Assembly (NCBI GenBank): GCA_965238275.1
Contig: OZ250186.1
Span: forward strand, 416,001-480,000
Direction of reading: 5' to 3'
Source: Nitrosopumilus sp.
GTDB taxonomy: Archaea; Thermoproteota; Nitrososphaeria; Nitrososphaerales; Nitrosopumilaceae
DNA: 64,000 bases
Numbering within the stretch: position 1 is the first letter of the stretch; every line of letters begins with the position of its first letter. Under the pieces are notes generated by a model that saw only the letters and a list, made by a program, of their open reading frames with translations, had not been told where the DNA came from and did no database searches. Below, one piece after another: positions 10,521-18,734 of this stretch. The position numbers and the translations under genes were made by a program.

Positions 10521-12166
10521 CTAGATCCTTCCCGCAGTGGGGGCATTTGCTCCCGCCGCCGCCGCCGCCGCCCTGCCTCTTCCTTCTCAGCTCCTCGGTA
10601 AACGCAGACGCCATGATGCCTGCCGGAATTGCATACACTGCAATCCCAAGTATGGCAACCCCGCTGGCAACTATCTTGCCCAGGACGGTAACAGGATAGG
10701 TGTCGCCGTACCCTATTGTATAGCGGCGAGCGAAAGTTCGTGCAAACAGATCTCTCTGTAGCATGTCCTGATGCCCTTTCCGGCGCTCTGTCAGATCTTC
10801 CAACATCATCCTCCTTGTTGCCGGGTCCAAGCCGGCTTGTCGAATCGTTCATTCCAGAACCATCCGATCCGTGATCCTCGCGCCTTGTGACGACCTCGAC
10901 ACCTGCAATGGTGCCTCCACGATTCCCGTGGGCTTGGCCGCCAGTCTCCCCCGTATGGAGACAGTCATTATCCAAAATGTTTTTTGCCGCGTTCTTGTCG
11001 GCATGGTGGTACCACCCGCAGGACACGCAGACAAAGGATTCGCCGTTTCTGGACTTCTTGTCCACTATTTGGCAGGCAGCGCATTTCTGGCTCGTGTACG
11101 TGTATTTCACGCGTTTTGCAACGCCGCCTTTCTTTTTCATCTGCCATTCAAGCTGACATCGAAACTCCCCCATCCTGGAGTATGCCATCTCGCGGTTCAG
11201 CCCCGTCTTTGAAGCCGCCCCGTTGGATCGCCTCATCTTGGTCAAATCCAGGTCTTCCAAGAACAATGTAGACAGCCCTTTTGTTATCCGCCTGGCAATG
11301 TCGATCTCGTTGTGTTTTTGCCTGTTTGATATATTTTTCAATTCATGCGCTATCTTGCGGCCGATCTCTTTCCATCTTCTGGAGCCTGTCTGGCATCTTG
11401 ATCTAAGTGATTTCAGCTGATCAATCCTGTCGCCGTCATGCCTCTTGCAGTCTCCCGGGACATTGTACAATTTTTCATTCCCATGCTCGTCTGCGACTGC
11501 CGCAAGGTGCCTGACTCCAAGATCCAATCCGGCCTTGCAGCTGTCGCCGTCGCCGTCTGTCACGGGTTCGGGATCCGGAACCTCGATTTGCAGGCACAGT
11601 CTGAATTCGCAGTCAGAATCTTTCGTCCTGCGCGTGACTTTTTTCGTAACATCAATCATCTGGAATGACACGAGCCTGCCTTCCGGGATCTTTACGCGCG
11701 GCCTTACTTCCCCGAGTCCGGGCAGAAATACGGTGCCGTCGTCCCGCAGTTTTGGCTTTCCGCGTGAATTCAGCGAGCGCAGCCTGGTTGTTTTCCTGCC
11801 GCGCCTCATCAGGCCAGACGGCTCGGTCCACCTGTTGTGCCTGTACGTCTTCTTTTTCCCCAGCTTGATCTGTTTCTTGCACCAGATGCGCTTGTTGTGC
11901 TTGAGCCGGTTTGCCTTGCGGAATTTGACTGCCGCCTGGAAAGCCTGTTTTGAGGCGGCCTCATGCATGCGGACGCTGTTGGTCAGGCCGAATTCCCTGC
12001 GCCATCCTGTTATCAGGTTGTTGACATCAAACTGCGTGATTCTGGGATGTGTGAGTTTCATCATGATCGTCATGTCGTAAATGATGTCTGTTTCCCGAGA
12101 GCATTTCACGATCTTGCGCGACAGTTCCCGAGATTGTGTTATCTTGATGATTTTGCTGACAATCAT
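10502..12166 (-). CDS. tnpB: TnpB-family RNA-guided endonuclease (core about 400 aa; ORF reads through the element end)
   Basis: RuvC-I GLDLGV, RuvC-II LEDLDL, Zn finger TSQKCAAC...CVSC, RuvC-III HADKNAAKNIL. Confidence 0.9.
   Translation of the reverse strand: MIVSKIIKITQSRELSRKIVKCSRETDIIYDMTIMMKLTHPRITQFDVNNLITGWRREFGLTNSVRMHEAASKQAFQAAVKFRKANRLKHNKRIWCKKQIKLGKKKTYRHNRWTEPSGLMRRGRKTTRLRSLNSRGKPKLRDDGTVFLPGLGEVRPRVKIPEGRLVSFQMIDVTKKVTRRTKDSDCEFRLCLQIEVPDPEPVTDGDGDSCKAGLDLGVRHLAAVADEHGNEKLYNVPGDCKRHDGDRIDQLKSLRSRCQTGSRRWKEIGRKIAHELKNISNRQKHNEIDIARRITKGLSTLFLEDLDLTKMRRSNGAASKTGLNREMAYSRMGEFRCQLEWQMKKKGGVAKRVKYTYTSQKCAACQIVDKKSRNGESFVCVSCGWYHHADKNAAKNILDNDCLHTGETGGQAHGNRGGTIAGVEVVTRREDHGSDGSGMNDSTSRLGPGNKEDDVGRSDRAPERASGHATERSVCTNFRSPLYNRVRRHLSCYRPGQDSCQRGCHTWDCSVCNSGRHHGVCVYRGAEKEEAGRRRRRREQMPPLREGSRWTLKG
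10721..10975 (-). ncRNA. Candidate omegaRNA scaffold between the TnpB core and the element end
   Basis: Inferred from position; short hairpins gtctcc-N7-ggagac (10944-10962) and ccacg-N5-cgtgg (10917-10931). Confidence 0.4.
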
Positions 12167-12189
12167 GCCTGTAATTGTAATTTCATTTT

Positions 12190-12198
12190 CTTAAAAAG
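12190..12198 (-). promoter_or_regulatory. Putative TATA box for tnpB inside the element
   Basis: CTTTTTAAG on the minus strand 24-32 nt upstream of the ATG at 12166. Confidence 0.45.
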
Positions 12199-12410
12199 AT
12201 ACCCAAAAAAATTGCACGAACTTTCGCTTTTCACTATAGTCAGCGTGACTATCCCCCACCACATCGATGCCGGAATGCTGGAGAAGACCTCCGGCTGCGC
12301 TGCGTTCTCTGCATAGTACATCAGGCTGGAGGCAAAGATCACGCTGAATAACCCCGAAAGGCCGACAAGGGCTGCAGGGGCTGCTGCTGCCAGTTCAGGT
12401 TCAAGGGCCA

Positions 12411-14597
12411 TTACGCAGCACACCTGTAGATTACGGAGGCGAGCAGCGAGGCCCTCTCGACGATGCTGTCATGGACTATGTATTCCTGGGGGGTGCGGTA
12501 CATGTGGCCTATTGGGCCAAAGCCGTCAAGGGACGGAAGCTCGGCGGGAACGTTGCTGATGTCTGATGACATTATCTGCTCGTGCCGCTTGATCTTGATC
12601 TCGTGCTTGCCGGCAAGGTCCTCGACCATTTCATAGAATGCCGTATCCGATGCCTCCTCGATTACCGGCGGCCTGCTCTGAATCTTCTGGATGGTGACGT
12701 CGAGTCTTTGTGTGCCGGCCTCATGCTTCTTCATGATGTCCCGTATCCTGGCGTCAAGAAGCGTTCCCAGCTGAAGCGTCTTGTAGCTGCATATGAGTGA
12801 GAGGGTGGCATAGTTTGGGGTGTGGCCGTGCGTTCCCTGGGCCACAACAGAGGTGGTCCTTACCCTGTAGTCCTTTTCGTCCTTTGATATCTTTTCTATT
12901 GCAGATATCTTCTTTGCCAGTGAAGGAATTATTCCATGGATGTCTGATGACGTGTTGGATGCCGTGAAACGAATCTGGTAGTCGCCCCTCCCGTAGCATG
13001 TCGTGATTATTCCCCCTTCCTTGCTGGCAGACTTGAGACCCACGATATACTTTGATGTCTTGGAGTAGTGCCTTACCAGGTTCTTGCTGAACTTTCCCCC
13101 CAGGCTGTCATCGGTGGTGAGAAGTATGGCGCACCTTATCTTGCGCAGTCTTTTTGCAAAGCGGAGCGCATGCAGGGCACCCAGCATTACTGCCAGCCCG
13201 CCCTTGCTCTCGGCTATTCCGGAACCAAGTATCTTGTAGTCGTCCTCGTAGTAGTTTACCAGTTCGCTTGGGCCGTAGTGGGTGTCGGTATGGGATACTA
13301 TCAGGATGTCGTTTTTGGGTTCGTTGTGGTTTTTGAAATAGCGAAAGTCCCCCACATCAAACTGCCTGTGGACGTGCTCCCTGAATCCCAAGTGCTTTAG
13401 CCTGCGGGACATGATCTCCCCGAGCTTGTTTACGTTGTCTATGTTGTATACGTGGGTGTTGAGGTTTACAAGATCCCTCAGTGTCTCCTTTATGCTGTGC
13501 AGGTGCCCCCTCAGGTACGTCCTTGCAACCACGCGCAGGGGCTGGGTCATGTCCGGCTCGCCTTCCATGTGGTGGGATGCGCCAAAGTAGCGCATCACGG
13601 CAACGTCAAGAATCTTGTTGATTAGCGAATCATACGTGTATCCGGTGGTCTTTGCAGCATGGTACAGCGAGCCGCCCATCCCCAGGCTGGCCATCGAGTT
13701 CAGCTCAAGGATGTAGAGGTTCTCGTCCTGATCCATTCGAAGATCCACCCTGCTGTAGTCGTTGAGCCCCAGGCATCGAAACGCCTGCATGCACAGCTGC
13801 TTCATCTCCTGGGTCTTCTCGTCTGAGAGTTGCGCCGGACATGTCTTGTCTGTTCCGCCCTTCTTCATCTTGTCAGATATGGTCTGTATCTGGTTTGGAT
13901 TGTCCAGGCTTATCTCGACTATCGGGAGTACGTCTATGTTGGGATTGTTCCCAATTACCCCCACTGCAAACTCCCGGCCCGGGATGAACTGCTCCACCAG
14001 GATCTCCTGCTGGAACTTTTCAATCTGCTTCTGTACTGCCTTTCTGAGGGAGTCCCAGTTGTCCACCACCTCCATCCCCATGGAGGTGGATTCCAGCTTT
14101 GGCTTTACGATTACGGGAAATTCCAGATCATCAAAGGTATCCTCAGAGGTCTTGAACTCCCAGAATCCCGGGGTGGGGATGCCGTTTCTCTGCAGGATTA
14201 TCTTGGTCATGACCTTGTCCTGGACGATTGCGTGTCCTGCAGGCCCCGAGCCTATGTATGGAATGCCAAGCATCTCCATCATTGCCGGGACATGGGTGTA
14301 CCTGTTCTGTCCCTGAATTCCGTATGCCATGTTAAAGACCATCCCCGGGGAGTCCCCTGCAACCACCTTGGGCATGAACTCGCGCAGCTCGTCTGCCATG
14401 TGGATGTCCCCCTCGATCACCTTGACTGTGTGTCCGCCCTTTTCCAGTGCCCGTGCGACACGCTCGACTGCCTTGGCGCTGTAGTGCTCCTTGGTGACTG
14501 TGCCAAAGACGTTGATGACATCATTTGGGTTTATCTCTTTTTCATTATAGATTAGCGCGACCTTCAATTGAGCTCTCTTCTCAAGCATTGTTTGCAT
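12411..14597 (-). CDS. D-Ala-D-Ala-ligase-like ATP-grasp domain fused to an M20 peptidase-like domain
   Basis: N-term QDKVMTK, PVIVKP, EQFIPGREF, RVDLR, LELNS; C-term SHTDT, GSGIAESKGG. Confidence 0.85.
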   Translation of the reverse strand: MQTMLEKRAQLKVALIYNEKEINPNDVINVFGTVTKEHYSAKAVERVARALEKGGHTVKVIEGDIHMADELREFMPKVVAGDSPGMVFNMAYGIQGQNRYTHVPAMMEMLGIPYIGSGPAGHAIVQDKVMTKIILQRNGIPTPGFWEFKTSEDTFDDLEFPVIVKPKLESTSMGMEVVDNWDSLRKAVQKQIEKFQQEILVEQFIPGREFAVGVIGNNPNIDVLPIVEISLDNPNQIQTISDKMKKGGTDKTCPAQLSDEKTQEMKQLCMQAFRCLGLNDYSRVDLRMDQDENLYILELNSMASLGMGGSLYHAAKTTGYTYDSLINKILDVAVMRYFGASHHMEGEPDMTQPLRVVARTYLRGHLHSIKETLRDLVNLNTHVYNIDNVNKLGEIMSRRLKHLGFREHVHRQFDVGDFRYFKNHNEPKNDILIVSHTDTHYGPSELVNYYEDDYKILGSGIAESKGGLAVMLGALHALRFAKRLRKIRCAILLTTDDSLGGKFSKNLVRHYSKTSKYIVGLKSASKEGGIITTCYGRGDYQIRFTASNTSSDIHGIIPSLAKKISAIEKISKDEKDYRVRTTSVVAQGTHGHTPNYATLSLICSYKTLQLGTLLDARIRDIMKKHEAGTQRLDVTIQKIQSRPPVIEEASDTAFYEMVEDLAGKHEIKIKRHEQIMSSDISNVPAELPSLDGFGPIGHMYRTPQEYIVHDSIVERASLLASVIYRCAA

Positions 14598-14700
14598 GAT
14601 CTAGTTTAAAAGGCATTGTTTAGTTTCATGGCCCGCTCATCCAGACTCTCTTCGTGAGGGGTTAACAGTTTTTTGGACTATACAGGAATCCCTCATTACC

Positions 14701-15913
14701 GGGTGTGTCCTAGAGACATATACCCCCGGATGACAAAAGATATGGATCGGCAGATCACGGCATCGCCTAATGACTACAAAGAAACGCGATCAACGACAAT
14801 ACGATTTGGTTCAGCAGTACCTGTCTGGTCTCATGCTGAATACCGTGCTGGGAATAATCAAGGAGCTTGGGAATCCGTACGCCGTCAGGCCCGGCCTGGG
14901 CGGCATGACTGCATATCCGCCTGGCGCCATGGCAGCTGTCTGCATCATGCTTGAGGCACAGCGCACGACCTACCGTAAGATGGTCGGCATTCTCCGGAAT
15001 AACGGCACCATGGCAGCCAAGATGGGCCTGGACCGGATTCCCTCCAAGAGCACGATAGCGCGCGCCTACGGCCTGATCCCGGAATGGTATCTGGCAGAGG
15101 CACACCGGATTGCCATCAGGGAGGTGGAGGCAGGCTCCCTGGCAGCAGACAGCACCGGATACTCGTACCTGCGGTTTGTCAGGTGGCTTGACGTCAGGAC
15201 CGACAGTTTTCGCACCAGGAAGGGATGGGTCAAACTGCACGCAATCGTGGATATCCGCACCAGGGTGATAATCGACTGCATGGTGACAGACAGCGCGGTG
15301 GCAGACATAAACGGGTTGTATGTGATGCTCTGCAGGCTAAGCCGGGGCACCGGCGACTTTTGCCTGGATTCTGCGTATCTGGCAAGGCTCATGTGCAACA
15401 TGATATCTGCCATGGGAATGGTGCCCCGCATCAAGCCAAAGTCCAACACCGTACGCAACGCCAAGGGAAGCCAGTCGTGGCGCGAGATGGTGAGCCTGTA
15501 CATGGATGATCGGGACAAATTTGATTCGCAGTACCACCAGCGGAGCATCATCGAGGCAGTCTTTGCCGCCCTCAAGAAGATGTACGGGGATGGCACCAGA
15601 TGCCGAAAACACGAGAACCGGGCAAATGAGGTTGCGATCCGCATCATGTGCTACAACGTCGAGCTCGTGGCCAGATTGCAGGCAAAAGACGGTAGGCTCA
15701 CACAGGATCAAATCGCGATACTTGCAGCGTAACCGGCGCGTCTTGACACGCGCCTCCTAGCGGAGCCTCCGCACAGCGTCTTGGATTTGGGGGATTTTAT
15801 GGGTTGTGGGGGATCGACGGTGCTGCACTGTTGATGCCGACGGGTTCTGGCACCAATCGTGTCTTTGACATCTTGGCACATGGGATGGCATTTTTTATTA
15901 CTAGGACACACCC
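14701..15913 (+). mobile_element. IS5-like insertion sequence, 1213 bp
   Basis: Perfect 13-bp TIR gggtgtgtcctag/ctaggacacaccc; 9-bp TSD ctcattacc (14692-14700, 15914-15922). Confidence 0.92.
14770..15732 (+). CDS. DDE transposase (IS5-like)
   Basis: ADSTG, KLH, LDSAY and YHQRSIIEAVF motifs. Confidence 0.9.
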   Translation: MTTKKRDQRQYDLVQQYLSGLMLNTVLGIIKELGNPYAVRPGLGGMTAYPPGAMAAVCIMLEAQRTTYRKMVGILRNNGTMAAKMGLDRIPSKSTIARAYGLIPEWYLAEAHRIAIREVEAGSLAADSTGYSYLRFVRWLDVRTDSFRTRKGWVKLHAIVDIRTRVIIDCMVTDSAVADINGLYVMLCRLSRGTGDFCLDSAYLARLMCNMISAMGMVPRIKPKSNTVRNAKGSQSWREMVSLYMDDRDKFDSQYHQRSIIEAVFAALKKMYGDGTRCRKHENRANEVAIRIMCYNVELVARLQAKDGRLTQDQIAILAA

Positions 15914-15996
15914 CTCATTACCGAGTTCTTTATATGATGCAGTGGAATCCATTACCAAGTTCTTTATATAATGTAGTGGAATCCATTACCAAGTTC
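15914..15996 (+). repeat. 34-bp tandem repeat (about 2.5 copies, first copy split by the IS)
   Basis: ggaatccattaccaagttctttatataatgtagt at 15944, partial copy at 15978; first copy begins left of the IS (ggaatccctcattacc). Confidence 0.8.
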
Positions 15997-16104
15997 ATGT
16001 GTTTCTGCCCCAACCGGATTCAGCCTCGGGCTGCATGGGTGACAAAACGGAAACAAAGCAGGGCGATAATGGATCGGATACTTGTAATCGCTTGTTCCCC
16101 ACGC

Positions 16105-16258
16105 TACTCATCCGTATCTTGTATTCCCTGTTGCAGCCTTTCGGACGCATTTTTGTTTTTCTTGTTTCTGCCCTGCATTACTCATCCGTATCTTGTATTC
16201 CCTGTTGCAGCCTTTCGGACGCATTCTTTTTTTTGTTTTCCTTGTTTCTGCCCTGCAT
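16105..16258 (+). repeat. About 74-80-bp tandem duplication
   Basis: tactcatccgtatcttgtattccctgttgcagcctttcggacgcatt...ctgccctgcat starts at 16105 and 16179. Confidence 0.85.
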
Positions 16259-16521
16259 TTTTTTTATTGGAATTCATTAGTTATGGACGGGATTAGTGAT
16301 CTAAAACGTTTCACTAATGATCTTTAAGACGAATGGTGTTTTTGACAAAAATACGGGAAATGCCATAAATGGTTAAAAGAATTTAAACAGAAATTGCGTA
16401 AAATCAGGCCATAGTAACAACAAGTGATGAAGGGATTTGAACAAGCCAACAAACATTAAAAAAAGAAGCGATAATTATTGGGCGGAATTACGTGTCAAGT
16501 ACGAAGATGGGAAACAACATT

Positions 16522-18005
16522 AGAAGCCATGCGTAATCCCTCCATTTCGTTGGGTTAAACCAGAAAAACCCAGAAAATATTAAAAATTCTGATTTAATTC
16601 CCGTCATGTCAAGCGTGTGGAAACCCGTCCTGCCAGAAATACAAAATAACGTGCGCAACCTTGCAGCACCACGATGTGCACGGAATTAATTGTTTGAAAC
16701 GGCGCTGCCGGGGACGTTTGCCTCTTCCCAGTTTATTACCGGCCCCAGCGTGCTACCTGAAGGAGGTCCTTTCTTCATCTGGTTCCACAGGAGGTCCAGG
16801 TTTACGAGTCCGGTTATTATGTTAAATTCCCTGTTAAAGTCGCCAATCTTTCCTTTGTATGGCGCGGTAAGCCGGCCGTACCGCTTCAGCCTGCCGATGG
16901 AGTGCTCCACCTTTACCCTGGCCGAGTTGACGGCGTGGTTGTGCTCCTTTTCCTCCTTTGTAAAGCGCTTGTGGTTCTTGGTCTTCTTGTGCGGCTGCAG
17001 GGTGTTTGTGCCGGGCAGATCCTTTGCGATTCCCTTGTAGCCGCGGTCAGTAAGGGTGTGGATCCTGTCCTCTTCGGGGGTGTCCTCGTCGCACATCCTG
17101 TCCCACCATCTTCCAAATGGCAGCGGGCTCTCCCTGAGCAGCGTGATGTCGTGGACGGATCCCACGGTGCTGCCGGATATGGCGACTATCACCCCGTTTT
17201 CATTTATGCACACGGTGGTGTTGAGCGTGAATTTCTTCTTCTTGCCAGAATACATCATGCTCCTCATCTGTTTTTCGTCTGGCCGCTGCAGCGGACAGTG
17301 CGTGCCGTCGATCATCATGATGCCCCCGTCAGGCCCGGAAATTATTTTTTTGAGATCCTCTTTTGTCTCCGTGCCTGCTATCTCCTTTGAGATGTTGGTA
17401 GCGGTGGGCAGCACCGCCTCAAGCACCTCGTCTAGCACATCGATATACCGGGACACGGTCGCCTGGTCTATTCCAAAGAATGCCGCAAGCACGCCCTGCG
17501 TGGGGTTGCCCTTTTTGTACATCAGCGCCATGAGCAGCGCGTGCCTTGGGTACAGCTTGCAGCGGTTCCCGGGATCCGACGCCCTCGTCTCGTCACTCCT
17601 GAAGAGCGGGGATTTGCCGCTTTGCCTTATCCACGCCTCGGCCCTGTCAAGCATGTATTGGAACTGTTCCCTGCACTTCAGCGTCGCGTCATGAAGATTT
17701 TTCCCGACTCTGATGATCTCATCAAGGACCTCCACGCGATGCAGCAGGGCGGGCTCTCCTGCGGCTCCGGACTCGGAGCCGTCCCGTGTGCGCCACAGGC
17801 TTTGCTCGTGCCTGGCAGCTGCGTCCTGGCGCTTGATCATGTCTCTGAGAGCCTTGTTCTCTTTTTGCAGGTCACTTGTTTTCTGATTCGACAACAGTAT
17901 GAACCGGCATATTTTGGTTTTAATTGAATGGATCATAAATTTTTGACAGCAGGGCTAACATGTCAACGCGGAGTTTGAAAAAGTTCTGGATTACGCATAT
18001 TTTCT
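16522..18005 (-). mobile_element. ISL2/PIF-Harbinger-like IS, 1484 bp
   Basis: TIRs agaagccatgcgtaatcc and ggattacgcatattttct (15/18); ATT TSD at 16519-21 and 18006-08. Confidence 0.8.
16686..17936 (-). CDS. DDE_Tnp_4-type transposase
   Basis: HTH LAAFFGIDQATVSRY; IDGTH, YSGKKK, HD, DRGY, RVKVEHSIGRLK. Confidence 0.9.
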   Translation of the reverse strand: MIHSIKTKICRFILLSNQKTSDLQKENKALRDMIKRQDAAARHEQSLWRTRDGSESGAAGEPALLHRVEVLDEIIRVGKNLHDATLKCREQFQYMLDRAEAWIRQSGKSPLFRSDETRASDPGNRCKLYPRHALLMALMYKKGNPTQGVLAAFFGIDQATVSRYIDVLDEVLEAVLPTATNISKEIAGTETKEDLKKIISGPDGGIMMIDGTHCPLQRPDEKQMRSMMYSGKKKKFTLNTTVCINENGVIVAISGSTVGSVHDITLLRESPLPFGRWWDRMCDEDTPEEDRIHTLTDRGYKGIAKDLPGTNTLQPHKKTKNHKRFTKEEKEHNHAVNSARVKVEHSIGRLKRYGRLTAPYKGKIGDFNREFNIITGLVNLDLLWNQMKKGPPSGSTLGPVINWEEANVPGSAVSNN

Positions 18006-18593
18006 ATTATGACATACTTGCAGATGAAAGAAACGCAAAACCACACTTGCATATGGGCGTCACATTGACTGGAACGTATATGTTCTGCAGGGACAGAGGC
18101 ATGGTAACAGCGATGGTAAAAGAACAAAATCCAAAATGTATGGTAAAATGCCAGGAGAGAAAATATCCTATAAGAAAAATCCCGGAAAAATGGACATTGT
18201 ATTTTCTACGGATATTGAGGGGAGTACACGGAGATCTACTGTTACTATTTTTGAGTTGAAAGAAACAACCCCAGAGATAATGATTATTGTTGAAAGAATT
18301 CTGGTATTGGGGTGTGCTGGATGGAACCTGCTCCAAAATATCTTCAAGTTCATCAAGCGGCATGGCCCCGTATTCAATCATGGTTCTATAGCGACGAGCA
18401 CGAGTTCGTGTAGTCTGGCCTCCTTCATGATTAGTGGCTACAGGTCGTGGTTTTGTCTGGGGTATGTTTTGTCCAACGGTGTTCCAATCACGGCAATCGT
18501 GGCGGTACAGGTCAGGGAACATTTGGGCATCAACGGATTTTGCACAAATCCCGCGTCTCAAAGTTTAAATGGTTTTCAACAGCGCTGGTTTCT

Positions 18594-18668
18594 GGGCTCA
18601 TAGTCCAGGTCGGTTATGACGTCGCCCTTACACGGCGAAGATCCGGGGTTCAAATCCCCGTGGGCCCA
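18594..18668 (+). tRNA. tRNA-Val (TAC)
   Basis: Cloverleaf; anticodon arm tcgcc-ctTACac-ggcga; T arm cgggg-ttcaaat-ccccg. Confidence 0.95.
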
Positions 18669-18734
18669 CATACTTCCTTTTAATCCGCGCGCACACAAGA
18701 GAATCTACAAATTTGATGACGTCCTACGGGATTC

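Larger units (their letters stand above)
10721..12236 (-). mobile_element. 1516-bp TIR-bounded element with TA TSD, encoding only TnpB
   Basis: TIRs tagcggcgagcgaaagttcgtgcaa (10721-10745) and ttgcacgaactttcgcttttcacta (12212-12236), 21/25 identical with the inner 17 perfect; TA at 10719-20 and 12237-38. Confidence 0.9.
10510..12411 (-). pseudogene. Two-TM K+ channel gene (about 127 aa when reconstructed) interrupted by the TnpB element
   Basis: Joining 12411-12237 to 10718-10510 gives 384 nt in frame: ...SIPASMWWGIVTLT|TIGYGDTYPVT...CPHC. Confidence 0.9.

Noticed and set aside
10502-12166. TnpB as a Cas12f/type V CRISPR effector
   Set aside because: There is no array or cas1/cas2 nearby, and the gene sits inside a discrete TIR element.
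15914-16258. Possible CRISPR array
   Set aside because: The repeats are directly tandem with no unique spacers, there are only 2-3 copies, and no cas genes are present.
18007-18603. ORFs on both strands upstream of tRNA-Val
   Set aside because: No recognisable motifs, mutually overlapping, and one runs into the tRNA.
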